Shown: piece after piece, positions 21,950 to 34,083 of the stretch
How positions within the stretch are numbered: the first letter of the stretch is position 1
How the letters are laid out: each line of letters begins with the position of its first letter
NCBI GenBank assembly: GCA_003990765.1
Contig: RBNJ01000283.1
Span: forward strand, 1 to 34,210
Source: Jimgerdemannia flammicorona
Taxonomy: Eukaryota
Length of the DNA stretch: 34,210 bases
Direction: 5' to 3'
Notes under the pieces: generated by a model
What the model was told of the DNA's origin: nothing
What the model saw: only the letters and a program-made list of their open reading frames with translations
The model's database searches: none
Position numbers and translations under genes: made by a program

Positions 21950-24462
21950 TCAATTTATATTTAAATTTGCAAGTTGATTATAATTTTATAATTTTATTTT
22001 TATAATTAAATTTTATAAGTAATTTATATAAAAAAATTATAATATAGTATTATATATATTTTACAATTATGAACTAAAAGATAATATAATAATAATAATA
22101 AATTATATTATCTATTTCTCTCATTATAATATAATTAAATTAAATTATCTGCTTGACTTATATTCTGAGGTTAGACCAATGTTGATATATTGTTCATAGC
22201 TTTTCTTCTATATTTGTCTGTTCTTAGTAAGCTTTTTGGTATTCTTTTCAGATTAGGTCTTTTTGTACCTTGATAGTTATATAAGCTTTCTTTAGAGTAT
22301 AGTTTCTCAGCACACTCTTCTTCTAGTTTATTAGAATTAGTAAAAAGTATATCAACATTGTTGTGAGCTTTTTCTATCTTATAAATAATAGTGATTTTCT
22401 AATCTTGTAAAATAAGGATCTAGCAGATAAAAATTTCAACAGTTGAATAGCTATTTGAGAATAGTATAGTTAGTTATCAAAGTAAACCTTTTTCTATTAA
22501 GAGAGAATTTCTAAGTATTCAGAAGATACTGAAATATTGTAGAATATTTAAGAAAGTGTAAGAGAAGACTAGAGAAAAGATATGAAAATATACTATAACT
22601 AAGATATGACTAAGAAATTGTTATAGTATTATTCTATTATTACTTACTAAATAATTATAACTATTCTAAAAAAAACCTGTAAATTAGCTATATCTATTTA
22701 ATTATCTAACTGGTTTTTGAAAGAAAGATATGAAAGGTATATCTGTTCTGAGTTTTTAGTTTCAATAATGAAGTTTTTGCAACAGAACTGATAGATAGAA
22801 CAAATGATTCACTCAGCAGATATATTTTGACTAGACAAAGATGCAGATATAAAAACAATTTTTCTCTTAATATAGCCACATATAACTATTAAGTCTTATA
22901 ATATATATAAGTCTCAAAATAGTATGTAAGATTATAAAATTATATCTTAAGTAAGAACAAAGTAGATTGGCTAGAGATATCTACTATAAAAATTTCTTCT
23001 ATATAGAGTTTGAGAAGGAGTTATCTCATAAGTATCAAATTGAAAAACTATCTACAATGAGAAAAGTAGAAATTAAATCTCTCTTACTTATTTAGCTAGT
23101 CCTTACTAACTAACTCCACTTATCTGATAGTTGTAAATAATTATTTATATTTGAGCAAATATCTATATGAGGAAGACTATCTCAAATATAATATATTGGT
23201 CAGTTTACTAAGATCTCAATAAGAAATATATTAGAAAAAGATAGAAGAGTGTGAAATTGCAAAGTAATATCTATATATTTGAAGTAAAATTATAGTATAA
23301 GTAAAGCAAAGTAAAAGTAAAAAAAGGTTAAACATTTATCTAAAATATATATAGCTAAGATTTTCAGATAGATAAGATATAATAGGTACTAAAGTCTGTC
23401 CCAGACTTTACAAGCTTTATAGAGGATCTTGAGGAGTTAGTTTCTGCTATTCTGAAAGTATTGGTGTATTTTATTTATCTTAAATATATATATATACATA
23501 GTTTTTCATCTATCTAAGACCTATATGTGAGATATGTAAAACATAGTAATAAAAGAATATCTCTCACTCTCATAGAGTTCCTTAGTTTAAAAAACTTGAT
23601 ATGTGAGCCCAGAAAAGAAAAACCCCAAAGAGAAAAAAGAAAAAAAGCTGAGTAGAAAGTGTAACTAGAAGAAAAAAATGAGTTGAGATAGAGTGAGAAA
23701 CTAACTCCTCATGGTCCTCTATAAAGCTTATAAAGTCTAAGATAGACTTCAGTACTTATAGTGCCTTATTTATCTAGGACTAAGTCTTACTTTATTCTGG
23801 ACTATTTTAGAGTTAGTTGTTTATAGACTAAAGGTGAGTAGAGTACCAAAGAAGTATCTTGCAGATACCCTAGCCTTTGTACCAGAGAACTATATAGACT
23901 AAAGAGAAAGCTTAAGCTTCTTCTGAAAGAGTAGATACCAAATAGAAAAGATGGTAATAGTGCTTGAAGATCATCTAAGAGCTCCAGTTACCACTCTTGA
24001 GGACCTTATTGATGGCATGCCCTCTTCTAGGGCCTTAGTAGAAGACACTTAGATAGAGTGTAGCAGTAAATAAGATCAATACTCACTACTGCTATATATT
24101 CAGAAAACCAGTTATGAAGGTAATTAGAGATAAGGTTGTAATATAGAGAGTGCATACTGATGAAAAGATAATTGCTATCAGTAGGAGGGTAGAGCAGCTC
24201 TATCTCACAAGTCCAACAGAAAGTCTAGTAGATGAAGTACAGATCTCTATCCTCTAAGAGGATAGAGATAGAGTGAGAGATCTTGATAGCAATGTTGAGA
24301 ATATATTTCTTGGTTATGTCTACTGTCAGAACTATCTTGGTTGACTAATCATCATGGTAGTCTAGCATCTGGTAAAATCACTGACTATCTTCTAAGATAT
24401 ACATAAGGTCAGTAGAGTATGAATCTTCTTACTATATAAGATCCAAGATTTGAGATTATTAT
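21950..24462. mobile_element. Highly degenerate repeat-derived DNA, family unassigned
   Basis: AT-rich, nearly no CpG, TAG/CTA-rich, no long ORF; interrupted by element D and continues at 31199. Confidence 0.45.
23365..23776. mobile_element. MITE-like element with ~80-bp terminal inverted repeats
   Basis: 23366-23445 aligns without gaps to the reverse complement of 23696-23775 (shared core AAGCTTTATAGAGGA...GAGGAGTTAGTTTCT); TSD not resolved. Confidence 0.65.
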
Positions 24463-24938
24463 TGTAACATAGCGGATGCTTACTCTTGAAAGTATGTCGG
24501 ATTTCTGTATCTTAAAAACTTGACCGTTTTGACTCTCACAGAGTCTCTTGAAGTTGTAGGGGAGGGTGAGTGAGTTTGAAGTATATCTGCCTGCAGGCTT
24601 ACTAGTTCCTTTGCTATCTCTTTGCTTTGAACTATTTTGATCTGAGGTTTATTCACTCGAAGATACTGAGTTATTTATACAAGTTTGCTAGCTATGAGAG
24701 AGTGGCTAAGTAATAAATGAGTCATTTGGACTTTGTCGAAACATTTGAACAATGTCTAAATGCTATACTAAATTGGGGTATTCGATTTGGATAATGTCTA
24801 AAATTTAGACAATGTCTAAGAATTTAGACAATGTCGAAATCGAGGACTGCTAACTATAAGGCTATACTACTTTGGGACTGGGTGTGATCGAGTGTCTATT
24901 CCCTATTTCCTTCTTCCAAATTTGGCTGTACCATCACA
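24463..24938 (-). repeat. Element D 3' LTR
   Basis: Direct repeat of 30719-31194. Confidence 0.93.
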
Positions 24939-24975
24939 ACTTCCTCCTGAATGGATGGTCTTATCCCTGAGGCAT

Positions 24976-25437
24976 CTATTCAAACTCTCAGGCTTCAATG
25001 GTCTGTATGGTCTTGTACTGTGCAATTTACTGTATGACTGTTTCCCAATGATGTCTCTTCACTTTCTCAAAGTCAGTGGGGGTTACTCCTCTCAGGTGGT
25101 CTATCGCTGCTTCATCTTCTTGGAATAACTTGTAGATCCTTTTGGCAATAGTGATCTGTGAGTGGGAGAGTTAACACTCAGCAATCCAGTCCTCTTTGGT
25201 CTTTGCTGGATCTTGATTGAGTACCTGTCCAAGCTTGAAGTACTCTTGGAATTCTGACCGATATTGATAGGCTCTAAAGTGCGAGATCTGAGAGAGATGA
25301 GTCTGCATGATACTCTGAATATCCTCATAGTATGCCTCTATGGTCGGAGGCTCAGTGGTGTGCCATTGTCTTTCGATGGCTCTTTGGGCAGCACTAGTGA
25401 TCTTGAGTGCCATCACAGTACTTTTGTTACTGACCAT
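24976..25437 (-). pseudogene. Element D ORF3, uncharacterised ~153 aa accessory protein
   Basis: MVSNKSTVMALKITSAAQ...IAKRIYKLFQEDEAAIDHLRGVTPTDF...EFE*; three point stops, no frameshift. Confidence 0.75.
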
Positions 25438-26620
25438 GATATTTCTTGAGTCGGTTTCGATAAATGGTGGTGGGGATTATTGTGCCTGAGGGTTTTTGTA
25501 GCCAAAAGGTAGTCCCTTTTATATCTTGCACAAGGTAAGGTCCTTCCCACTTGGGCTCCAGTTTTCATGACCATGAAGCTTCTACCATGTTCTGATATAC
25601 CAGGACTTTGTTTCCTATCTTGATAATCTCCAAGGGCTTGTGGATTTTTTTCACATTCCTCCATTGTAGTGTCTGTGTCTTGGTTATGTAATCCTCAGCC
25701 TTCTTCCTGATTTGGTATAGTCTCTGTATTTCCATGTCCACATGTTTCCATACAGCGTTTCCATTAGATGATAGGGTTCCTTGAGAACATTCTTCTCTGA
25801 ACAGCATTTCTTGAGGGGTAAAGTGGGTACTTTGTGATCAGATGTCCTGGAGAGCAGATAATGCTATTGGCAGATAGTAATCCCAGTTCTCGTAGTTATC
25901 GCAGATCTTGGCAATAATATTCTTGAGGGTTTTGTTGGTCCTTTTTACTTATCTGTTTCCTTGGGGGTGATAGGCTGTGGTCCGAATGTACTGGATCTTG
26001 TACTTCTTATAGAGAACCTCAAAGAGCTGGTTCACAAATTCTGTTCCTCTATCTGTAGTCACTTGTGTTGGGGTCTTGAACTGGCAGATGATTTCCTTGT
26101 GGAAGAAATTGGTGATTGACTGTGCATTGGCTTCCTTGAGAGGTCCTGCTTCTATCTACTTTGTAAAAAGGTCTACGATGACAATGATGTATTAGTTACC
26201 AGTCAGGGTCAAGGGTAGAGGGCTGATTACATCCATTGCTATATGGGCAAATGGTACTGTTTCTATATGTGCTGATCCTGGGGCTTGATTCTGTTGGTCT
26301 TGTTTCTGTTTCTGGCATTTGTCACATGTCTTGACAAATTGTCTGATATCTTCCTCCATCCCTGGCCACCATATTGTTCTTCTTGCCTTGTTGTATGTAT
26401 TCATTTCTCCTAGATGGCCAAGTTCATGTACTGATTTCATTGCTTGCTCCTTCTTGTGTTCTGGTATGATCAGTAGTTTTCCTTTCTTCAGTGTTTCTCC
26501 ATCAGTTTCAAATTATTTCCATGTCCTGTTGATAATCATTTGTGTCCATTCTTCCAGATATTGGGGCATCTTTTGCTGTTCCAGATATGTGATAATTCCA
26601 TAGTAGAGCTCCTTATTCAT
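25427..26620 (-). pseudogene. Element D integrase ORF (397 codons) with its own ATG
   Basis: MNKELYYGIITYLEQ..., HELGHLG, CDKC, MDVISP, TDRGTEF, LEPKWEGPY; 1194 nt in one frame. Confidence 0.9.
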
Positions 26621-29600
26621 AATTGATTTGTTGGTTGGAGGTGGTTCGAGGTATCCATGAGAGAGTATCTGCATTGGAATTTGTTCTTTCAGGGCAGTGT
26701 ATGATGGTTACATCATAGGCTTGTAACTTCATTATCTATCTGGCATAGATTCCCTTGGGTTGTCCAGTTGTCAGTAGCCAGGTGAGAGCTAAGTGGTCCA
26801 TCTAGATGATGAAGTGTCTTCCAGCCAGATAGTAGTGGAACTTTTCCACAGCCCAGATAACTGCAAGACATTCCAACTTATAGGACTCATATTCTTTTTC
26901 AGCCTCTTGGGTTCTGTGGCTAAGATATGTAATGACATACTCTTTTTTGTCTTCTTTTTGAGCTAGGACTGCTCCTAGTCCCTGTGCACTTGCATCTATC
27001 TGAAGGATAAATTCTTAGATCCAATTGAGTTATCTGAGGATGGGTGTCTAGGTTAGTCTGATCTTGAGTTCATCAAATGCTTTTTGTTGTATACCAGTCT
27101 ACTAGAACTTGGTATCCTTTTTGTTGAGTTCGTAGATTGGGCTTGCAATGTTGGAGAATCTTCTAATGAATCTGCAATAGTAGGAGGCAAGTCTCATGAA
27201 GGCTTGGGCTTCTGTAATGATAGTGGGCCTTGGATATGCTGCTACCGCTTATATTTTGAGGGGGTCCATGTGTGTTCCATCTCAATTGATAATATGGCCA
27301 GATAGGAGATCTCGATTTCCGCAAACTTGCACTTCTTGGGTTTGATATAAAGGCCATGTTGTCTTAGTCTCTCCATTATCTGCTGTATGTGCTACAGATG
27401 TTCCTCAGCCATCTTACTGTAGATGATTACATCATTGACATAGACCATCATCCATCTTCCCATATCATAGCAGAAGATTTTGTTCATCATTCGCTGAAAG
27501 CTTACTGGTGCATTGCACATTCTGAATGGCATTCATAGGTAGATGTAGGTTCCATCTGGGGTGATGAAGGCTGACTTTTCACTTGCCACTTCTGTGAGTC
27601 TGATTTGGTGGAATTCTGAGTATAAGTCCAAGGTGCTGTAGTACTGTGCTTCATCTCCCAGTATTATAAGAATGTCGCTGATGAGTGGCAGTGGTTGGCG
27701 ATCCTTCTTGGTGACTGCATTGAGCTTTCTGTAGTCAACACAGAGCCTTGGGACAAATTCTCCAGGTTTGCTTCCTTTTTTCGGAGCTAGTACAACTGGT
27801 GAAGACCAGGGGCTACTGGCTTCTTTGATGATGTTGGCTTCTTTCATCTGCTTGATTTCTTCTCTGAGCCATTCTCGGTAGGCTGGCGGGACAGGTCTTG
27901 CTTTCTGGTAAATTAGTTCAGTGTCTCCGGTATCTACCTTGTAATAGTAGTGTAGGGTCTTTTCCTTGATATCCTTGAAATCCGTGGCAAGGACATCCTC
28001 GAATTTGTGGAGTATTTTCTTGAGTTCTTCCTTGAGTGGGAATTCATCTCCAATGGTATAACTGTACTTGCTCATGTTTTTCTCCTTCTTATGCTCGAGT
28101 TCAGTGATCTTGGTGCTGGTGAATACTCCTCTTTCTGTGGATCCGAATCCTTTCTTTCCTCTTTTCATTTCCTCCAGATTCTTGACTTCTATGATCCTTG
28201 GCTGTATGATTGGGAAGATCAACATCTGTACCAATCAGTCCTTCTTCTTGACTGGGAATGGAATTGTAGGATTGTGGTTCCTAGCAATGAGTAGAATTTC
28301 TCCAGTATAGTCTGAATCAATAACTTCTCCTTCGATTGTGATTTCGCTTCTAGCTAGGCTGCTTCTTGTCTTGAGAATCCCAACATGATCCTTTGGGATG
28401 GTCATCTCTAGTCCAGTTGTGAGTAGGGTGGTTGTCTGGGGTTCCAGTACAGTTTCTTCTACTGTAGTGATGTCCATTCTGGCTGTATTTTCTGACTTGT
28501 ATTCTGGCAAGACTGCATCAGGGTGGATCTTTCAAATCTTGACCTTGATTTCTTCTTCATCATCACTATCCTCCAGGAGGGCTGGTGGTTCATCATCTTC
28601 CTCCTTCTCTTCCTCCCTGATCTGTTTTTCAAGAGCTTTCTACCTCCTTTTCTGGTAGATCTTCTTGGTTCCAATGGTGCACTGGTAGCAATCATTGACA
28701 TGCTCCATACAGTATATCTTGATTCCATGAGAACAGACTCCTTGTGGGGTATAGCCTTCGGCGATCTTCTTGCACCATTCTTCTTCACTCATCCATCCAA
28801 CTTTCTTCTTCTTTGGAGTAGTTACCATATAAGCTTCCTCTTACTCACTCTCTTCTTCCTCCATATCGAGCAGAACTCCTTTGTTGATATTGATGGGAAT
28901 TTGTATCTTCTGTCCCCGGTAGGTGATTTGCATCTTCTGGGCATTGAGATCGATTACTGCCTTGGCTTTGTGAAGCCATTGATTGCCGATGAGGATATCA
29001 TAGTTAGTGGCATTGGTTACGATTACATCTACTGGAATTGTTGCTCCTCTAATCTTGATGGGAACATCTCAGATTTTTCTCAGAGGTGTGGCTCTTGTAC
29101 CATCAGCTGTGATGAATACTAGCTTAGTTGCTTCTTCTACATCCCAACCTAGGTAGTCTGCTGCCTTCTTACTGAGGAGACATCCTCCTGCTCCCATATC
29201 AATGATGGCTTCAAAGGTTCTATCTTCGATTTGGCATATTGCATAAGCAGAGGTTTTGCGATTGTCCTCACTTTCTTCTCCTGAGTCCTCTTGAACATTA
29301 TTGGCCTCAGTTATCTTCCATCCTTGTTCCTTGGTTGTTTCGGCAAGTCCAAATCTCATTTGCTGTCTGAATGTTGGAATTTCTGCAAGCTGACCAAAGG
29401 TTGCATTGACCTTTTGTTGACTGAGATCCTTGAAGATATCATACTTGAAGGTCTTGGTCTTGCGAAGCTTCTTTTCTTTTTCTCCTTCACTGGCTGGAGT
29501 AGTTCCTCAGATGATATCTTGAACTGCTTGCTCCAGCTTGATATCTTGGTCCATCTCTTCAGCTTGGCTTTCTGTGTCAGTTTCCATCCACTTTTCCACT

Positions 29601-30604
29601 GGGTTCTTCTTGAGTCTTCCTGGTGGTCTCTTGTAGGGTTCTTTGTGAGCATCCTTCTTGGTGGTCTGAGCAGGATAGGCCTCCCATTCCTCTTCATCAG
29701 ATTCTCTGATTTCTTCAAAGGTGATTGTATTGGCCTACTCCTTGTTTTGTATGGTATTGCTTAGTTGAGTCTTGCATTTAGTTTCACTTATACATTCATA
29801 GGAGTAGTGGCCTTCTTCTCTGCAGCTGTAGCAGGTACCTTTCTTCTTGTCTGAGGTGGCGGCAAACTTCTAAACAGGGCAGCGATCTCTTCCTTGGATT
29901 TCCTTTACCATATCTCCCAGGTGGGCAGTCATTTCAGCAAACCTTTTGGCAAGTTCCTCCATAGGGTCACTGTTCTTTTGCTGCTTTGTAGCTTTTGGCT
30001 GAGGTGTGTTTCGATTGATCATTGTGGTAGGGATCACACTGGTTGCCTTGGGTGGCTCGATTCTGATTCCTGTAACTCTTTCCATTATATGGTCTTGTGG
30101 GTATCTGGCTATCCAGTATCGCTGAGCATAGGTGACCTTCTATGGCAGATCCAGAATCACTGGTGATGAGTGGATGGCCATGGCTATTTCTGGATGGACT
30201 CCTTTCATGAAGGTTGCTTCGGCTATTTGATCTCGGATAGCAGTAGCATAATCTGCAAGAATTATCTGATATTGAATTCTGGTATAGAATGTGTTTGGGT
30301 CCTCACTCATTCCTTGGTATGTTGTGTTGAGCTGATCCTTCAGGGCTTGCTTGATCTCGTCTGTGTAATATGTATTTCGGAGCCAGGTCTTCTGTACTGT
30401 CAGTATAGCATCAGCATCATTTCCTGTATGAGTTGCGGCTGTGAATGCTGCTCTGGCAGGGCCTCATAGACTGAAGGGCATGAGGGCTACTTGCTGTGCT
30501 GCTGTCAGAGTCCTTACAGCAGTATACTGCTCGAAATCATCAATGAAGGTGATGATTGATTCATCTGAGGTATATCCATAGAATACTGGCAGTCTCATAT
30601 CCAT
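26613..30604 (-). pseudogene. Element D ORF1: gag-PR-dUTPase (28133-28549)-RT-RNase H
   Basis: One frame from ATG 30604 through RT; 1-nt deletion near 27300; motifs as in B. Confidence 0.92.
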
Positions 30605-30718
30605 CTTGTCTGGGTATTGGGGCTCAGTTTGTATGGTTGTTCAGATAGTAGTGGTTGTTTGTTGTTTAGCTTGAAAGTGAGGGATTCATCTTGAATCACC
30701 AGCCAATGGGCACCAAGT

Positions 30719-31194
30719 TATAACATAGTGGACGCTTACTCTTGAAAGTACGTCGGATTTCTATATCTTGAAAACTTGACCATTCTGACTCTCGCAGAGT
30801 CTCTTGAAGTTGTAGGGGAGGGTGGGTAAGTTCAAAGTATATCTGCCTGCAGGCTTACTAGTTCCTTTGCTATCTCTTTGCTTTGAACTATTTCAATCTG
30901 AGGTTTATTTACTCAAAGATACTGGGTTATTTATACAAGTTTACTAGCTATGAGAGGGTGGCTAAGTAATAAATGAGTCATTTGGACTTTGTCGAAACAT
31001 TTGGACAATGTCTAAATGCTATACTAAATCGGGATATTTGATTTGGATAATGTCTAAAATTTAGACAATGTTTAAGAATTTAGACAATGTCGAAATCGAG
31101 GACTGCTAACTATAAGGCTATACTACTTTGGGACTGGGTGCGATCAAGTGTCTATTCCCTATTTCCTTCTTCCAAATTTGGCTGTACCATCACA
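30719..31194 (-). repeat. Element D 5' LTR
   Basis: Direct repeat of 24463-24938. Confidence 0.93.
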
Positions 31195-31198
31195 TTAT

Positions 31199-34083
31199 GT
31201 ATAAAAGCCCAAAGAAGTCAGTTACTATATAAGAGAGACTATATTCCATTTAGCTGAACTTGTTCTTGAAAGAAGAGATACAAAGATTAACAGTACCCCA
31301 GATAAAATAAGTAATAGAAGGAAGAGTGAAAAAATAGATACTATATATTATAGACATCTACTATCTGATAGTTATATAAATATTGCAAAATTGGTAAGCA
31401 CTCATTTCCTTCTGAAAGAGCTGAGCCAAGTAGTTGATATACTTTTCAGTAGTAATATACATGAGATTGATATGTTATCAATGATATCAATAAGTATAGT
31501 ATTAGAAGATATACTCATAGTTCTTATAGGAGGAAGTCTAAATACTAGTCTAGATAAGTTAGTGAGTCTATAGTACCAACATAGTAGCATCAGAGGATTG
31601 CCACTGATTTGCTATACTAGGGTAGTCTAGTGTATCATTTTGATTATAAATGTCATTATCAGAAGATAAGAAGAAAGAAGAATAGGAGATACTATATGTA
31701 TATAGCTATGCTGAGAAGTTTGGACCACTAGCTCTGCTGTATCCAGAATAATATAATGAGAATGAGATATTGGCAGTAATCTAACTTAATTCTGCATAAG
31801 ATACAATTAATGAGAATTCAGAGTGGATTGATATATACTCTATAGGCTGACCAGAGGTATCTATCTCTAGAGCCTTGGGATCCATCTAGCAACTGTAAAA
31901 GAGAAGAGTTTGGGCTATTATCTGAAATATAAAAAGACTCAGAGAGATAGAGCTCCACTGAAGAAGGTGATAGAAGATTCAAGGATTCAGTTGCCAGTTA
32001 TCAGAGTAGAGGCAGATATGGCTGAGGAAGTTCATCTATATATTATTAGTATTAGAGATGTGTTCAGTAAAGAGAAAGATTCTTCTCATCAGATAGAGGT
32101 AATGGATCTGGACTATAATAGTATTCAGATAGTGGAGGAAGTTCTCCTACTTATTGATGAATATCTTTGTAGTTATATTGTCTATCTGTATGTAGACTAT
32201 GTAATCCTCCCAATAGTGGCTATTGATCTGTAAGACAAAGAGAACCATCTTGAGCTCTCAGTAATTAATAAATTAGTCCCTCTCTCATAGAGTCCAGGAG
32301 CCCACATAGTCTATGAGGTACTGGCGATAGAGATGATATCAAAACCCCACCCATAGTTGCTTGTTAGTAACTTCAGAGTACTCAGAGAGCAGGAACTTGC
32401 CATTCTACTCAGCCAGATTAAGAGACCACTACTGTAGATCATTGTGTAATATTGGAGAGATGGTTATCAGGCTGTTCTAATTATTATTACTTGTTATCAG
32501 AGCTCTCTAAATATCTTAAATCAGAGACCAGACCCAGAAATAGGCTGAGAAGACCACCTGAGTTATAGAGTTACACAAGCCCACCAGTAATGTGATCTTA
32601 TAGATTGAGATTAGAGCTGCACAGTTGTAATAACTCTCACTTCTATCCCTCTCTTATCCTTAGGATATTTAGGGAAGTGGACTATTACTTAGGGACTTAG
32701 TACACAATGTGTACCAAGAAGCCTTCAGTTGAGGAAGCGCTCGCTTAAAGTAGTTGTAGTGGCAGTGCCTTATCTTTCAAAGGTCTTTCTGGTTTGCCTT
32801 CTGTTTCAAAGGTCTTTCTCTTGTACCCTATTTCGAGGGTCTTGTTCTTTGCTGTGCACAGACTGAATTTGCCTTGGAATTCAGGTTCAATGGGTTTGCT
32901 TAAGTTTTTGGGGATTTATATACTGGTCTCAGTTCTGGCAGAAGTTAGCTAGGCTTCTGGAGTTTAGTCAGAAACACTAGAGTCACTTAGATGTCATTAC
33001 TAAGACTCAGGGGAAATGTGTGTGTGTGGGGGGGCTTGATTCTTGTATCAAGGACTGAACTAAAACTGCTTTATTTCGGATGGAAACTGGGGGGTATTTA
33101 TACAAGTTGGTCCGCGATTTCTGACTAAGTATGAGTGACTAATTTGGTAACTATAATGAGGTTTGTGATCACGACCTTTGTCAGGTGGTTTTTGGCAAAA
33201 ACAACTTTGTGATCAGGACCTCAATTACTAGGCAATGATCAGCTGCTGTGGCAACTGTTGCTGCAGCGCTGGCTGTGGCGCCGATTGTTGGGGGTAAGCT
33301 GGATATCGTTTTCCACGTCGTTTCACATCGTTCGTACTCGCTATTCATATGTCGCGCTTCGATTGTATGGTGACGTCATCGCTCGCCGGGTCACGTGATC
33401 GCTCGTCGTTCGTCGTTCGTCGTTCGTCGTTTGTCGCTCATCGCGTCCCATCTGTTCCCTTGTTCGTTCGTTCTATTACAACAGTAGAGAAAAGAGACAA
33501 ATCTTGCATATCTTATTCAGTAATAGATATAGTTTTATCTTGATAGTGTTAACTAGGAACCCAAGAAAGTCTGTTATTAGTGAAATTTCTAGATATATTT
33601 AGTAAAATCCCAGTACTTTCAAATAGTAACAGATGATCTCCTCATAGTGAAGAGTCTCCTTCTATGAAGAGGTCAGAAAATAGATATCATCAATATAGTA
33701 GGTCAGCTAGATGCTCTATAATCAGAGGAGTATCAGAACAGCTACCATTATCTTTATCCATATCTAAAAGATGGATGATAGTCTAAATAGTATACCTAGA
33801 ACTTCTAATTGATCTGGTATTAGCAAAAGGCCAGAAACTGTTAATTGTCTAAATAAAGGAGAATATAAAGATAGATATTCTTGATATCAATCTTGATAAG
33901 ATAGTTGTTCAGGCAAACTATATGGCAAAGAGTTTGGATTCTCTCTATCTTGAAATATAGATACTATATAAATTTATTTAATAGATATGTATTGAAATAT
34001 ATCCAAATCTTATTGATCTGGAGAATAGTAAAGATGTTAGAAAAGTATAGTAGTTCTCCTTATAAGATAGTATAGATAGTGTC
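31199..34083. mobile_element. Continuation of degenerate relic DNA, interrupted by the solo LTR
   Basis: Same CpG-less, TpA-rich composition; joins across the TSDs of D and of the solo LTR. Confidence 0.4.
32626..33480 (-). mobile_element. Solo LTR (855 bp) of another family
   Basis: Inverted termini TGTAATA...TATTACA; 5-bp TSD ACAGT (32621-32625, 33481-33485); minus-strand TATAAATA near 33100 and AATAAA near 33070. Confidence 0.85.

Larger units (their letters stand above)
24463..31194 (-). mobile_element. Element D: full-length decayed Ty3/gypsy element of the B family
   Basis: LTRs 24463-24938 and 30719-31194 (476 bp each); TSD TTAT (24459-24462, 31195-31198); minus-strand PBS ending at 30715; PPT 24939-24948. 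Confidence 0.95.

Noticed and set aside
28523..29764. Long hydrophobic ORFs antisense to pol (also 2624-3121, 11811-12374, 12977-13348)
   Set aside because: Shadows of purine-rich gag/pol codons; not independent membrane or env genes
25427..30604. Apparent single gag-pol-IN frame in D
   Set aside because: Coincidence: a 1-nt deletion near 27300 offsets the conserved +1 shift at the RH/IN junction
31910..32233. 107-aa ORF as an intact gene
   Set aside because: Non-ATG start within hypermutated relic DNA; no motif
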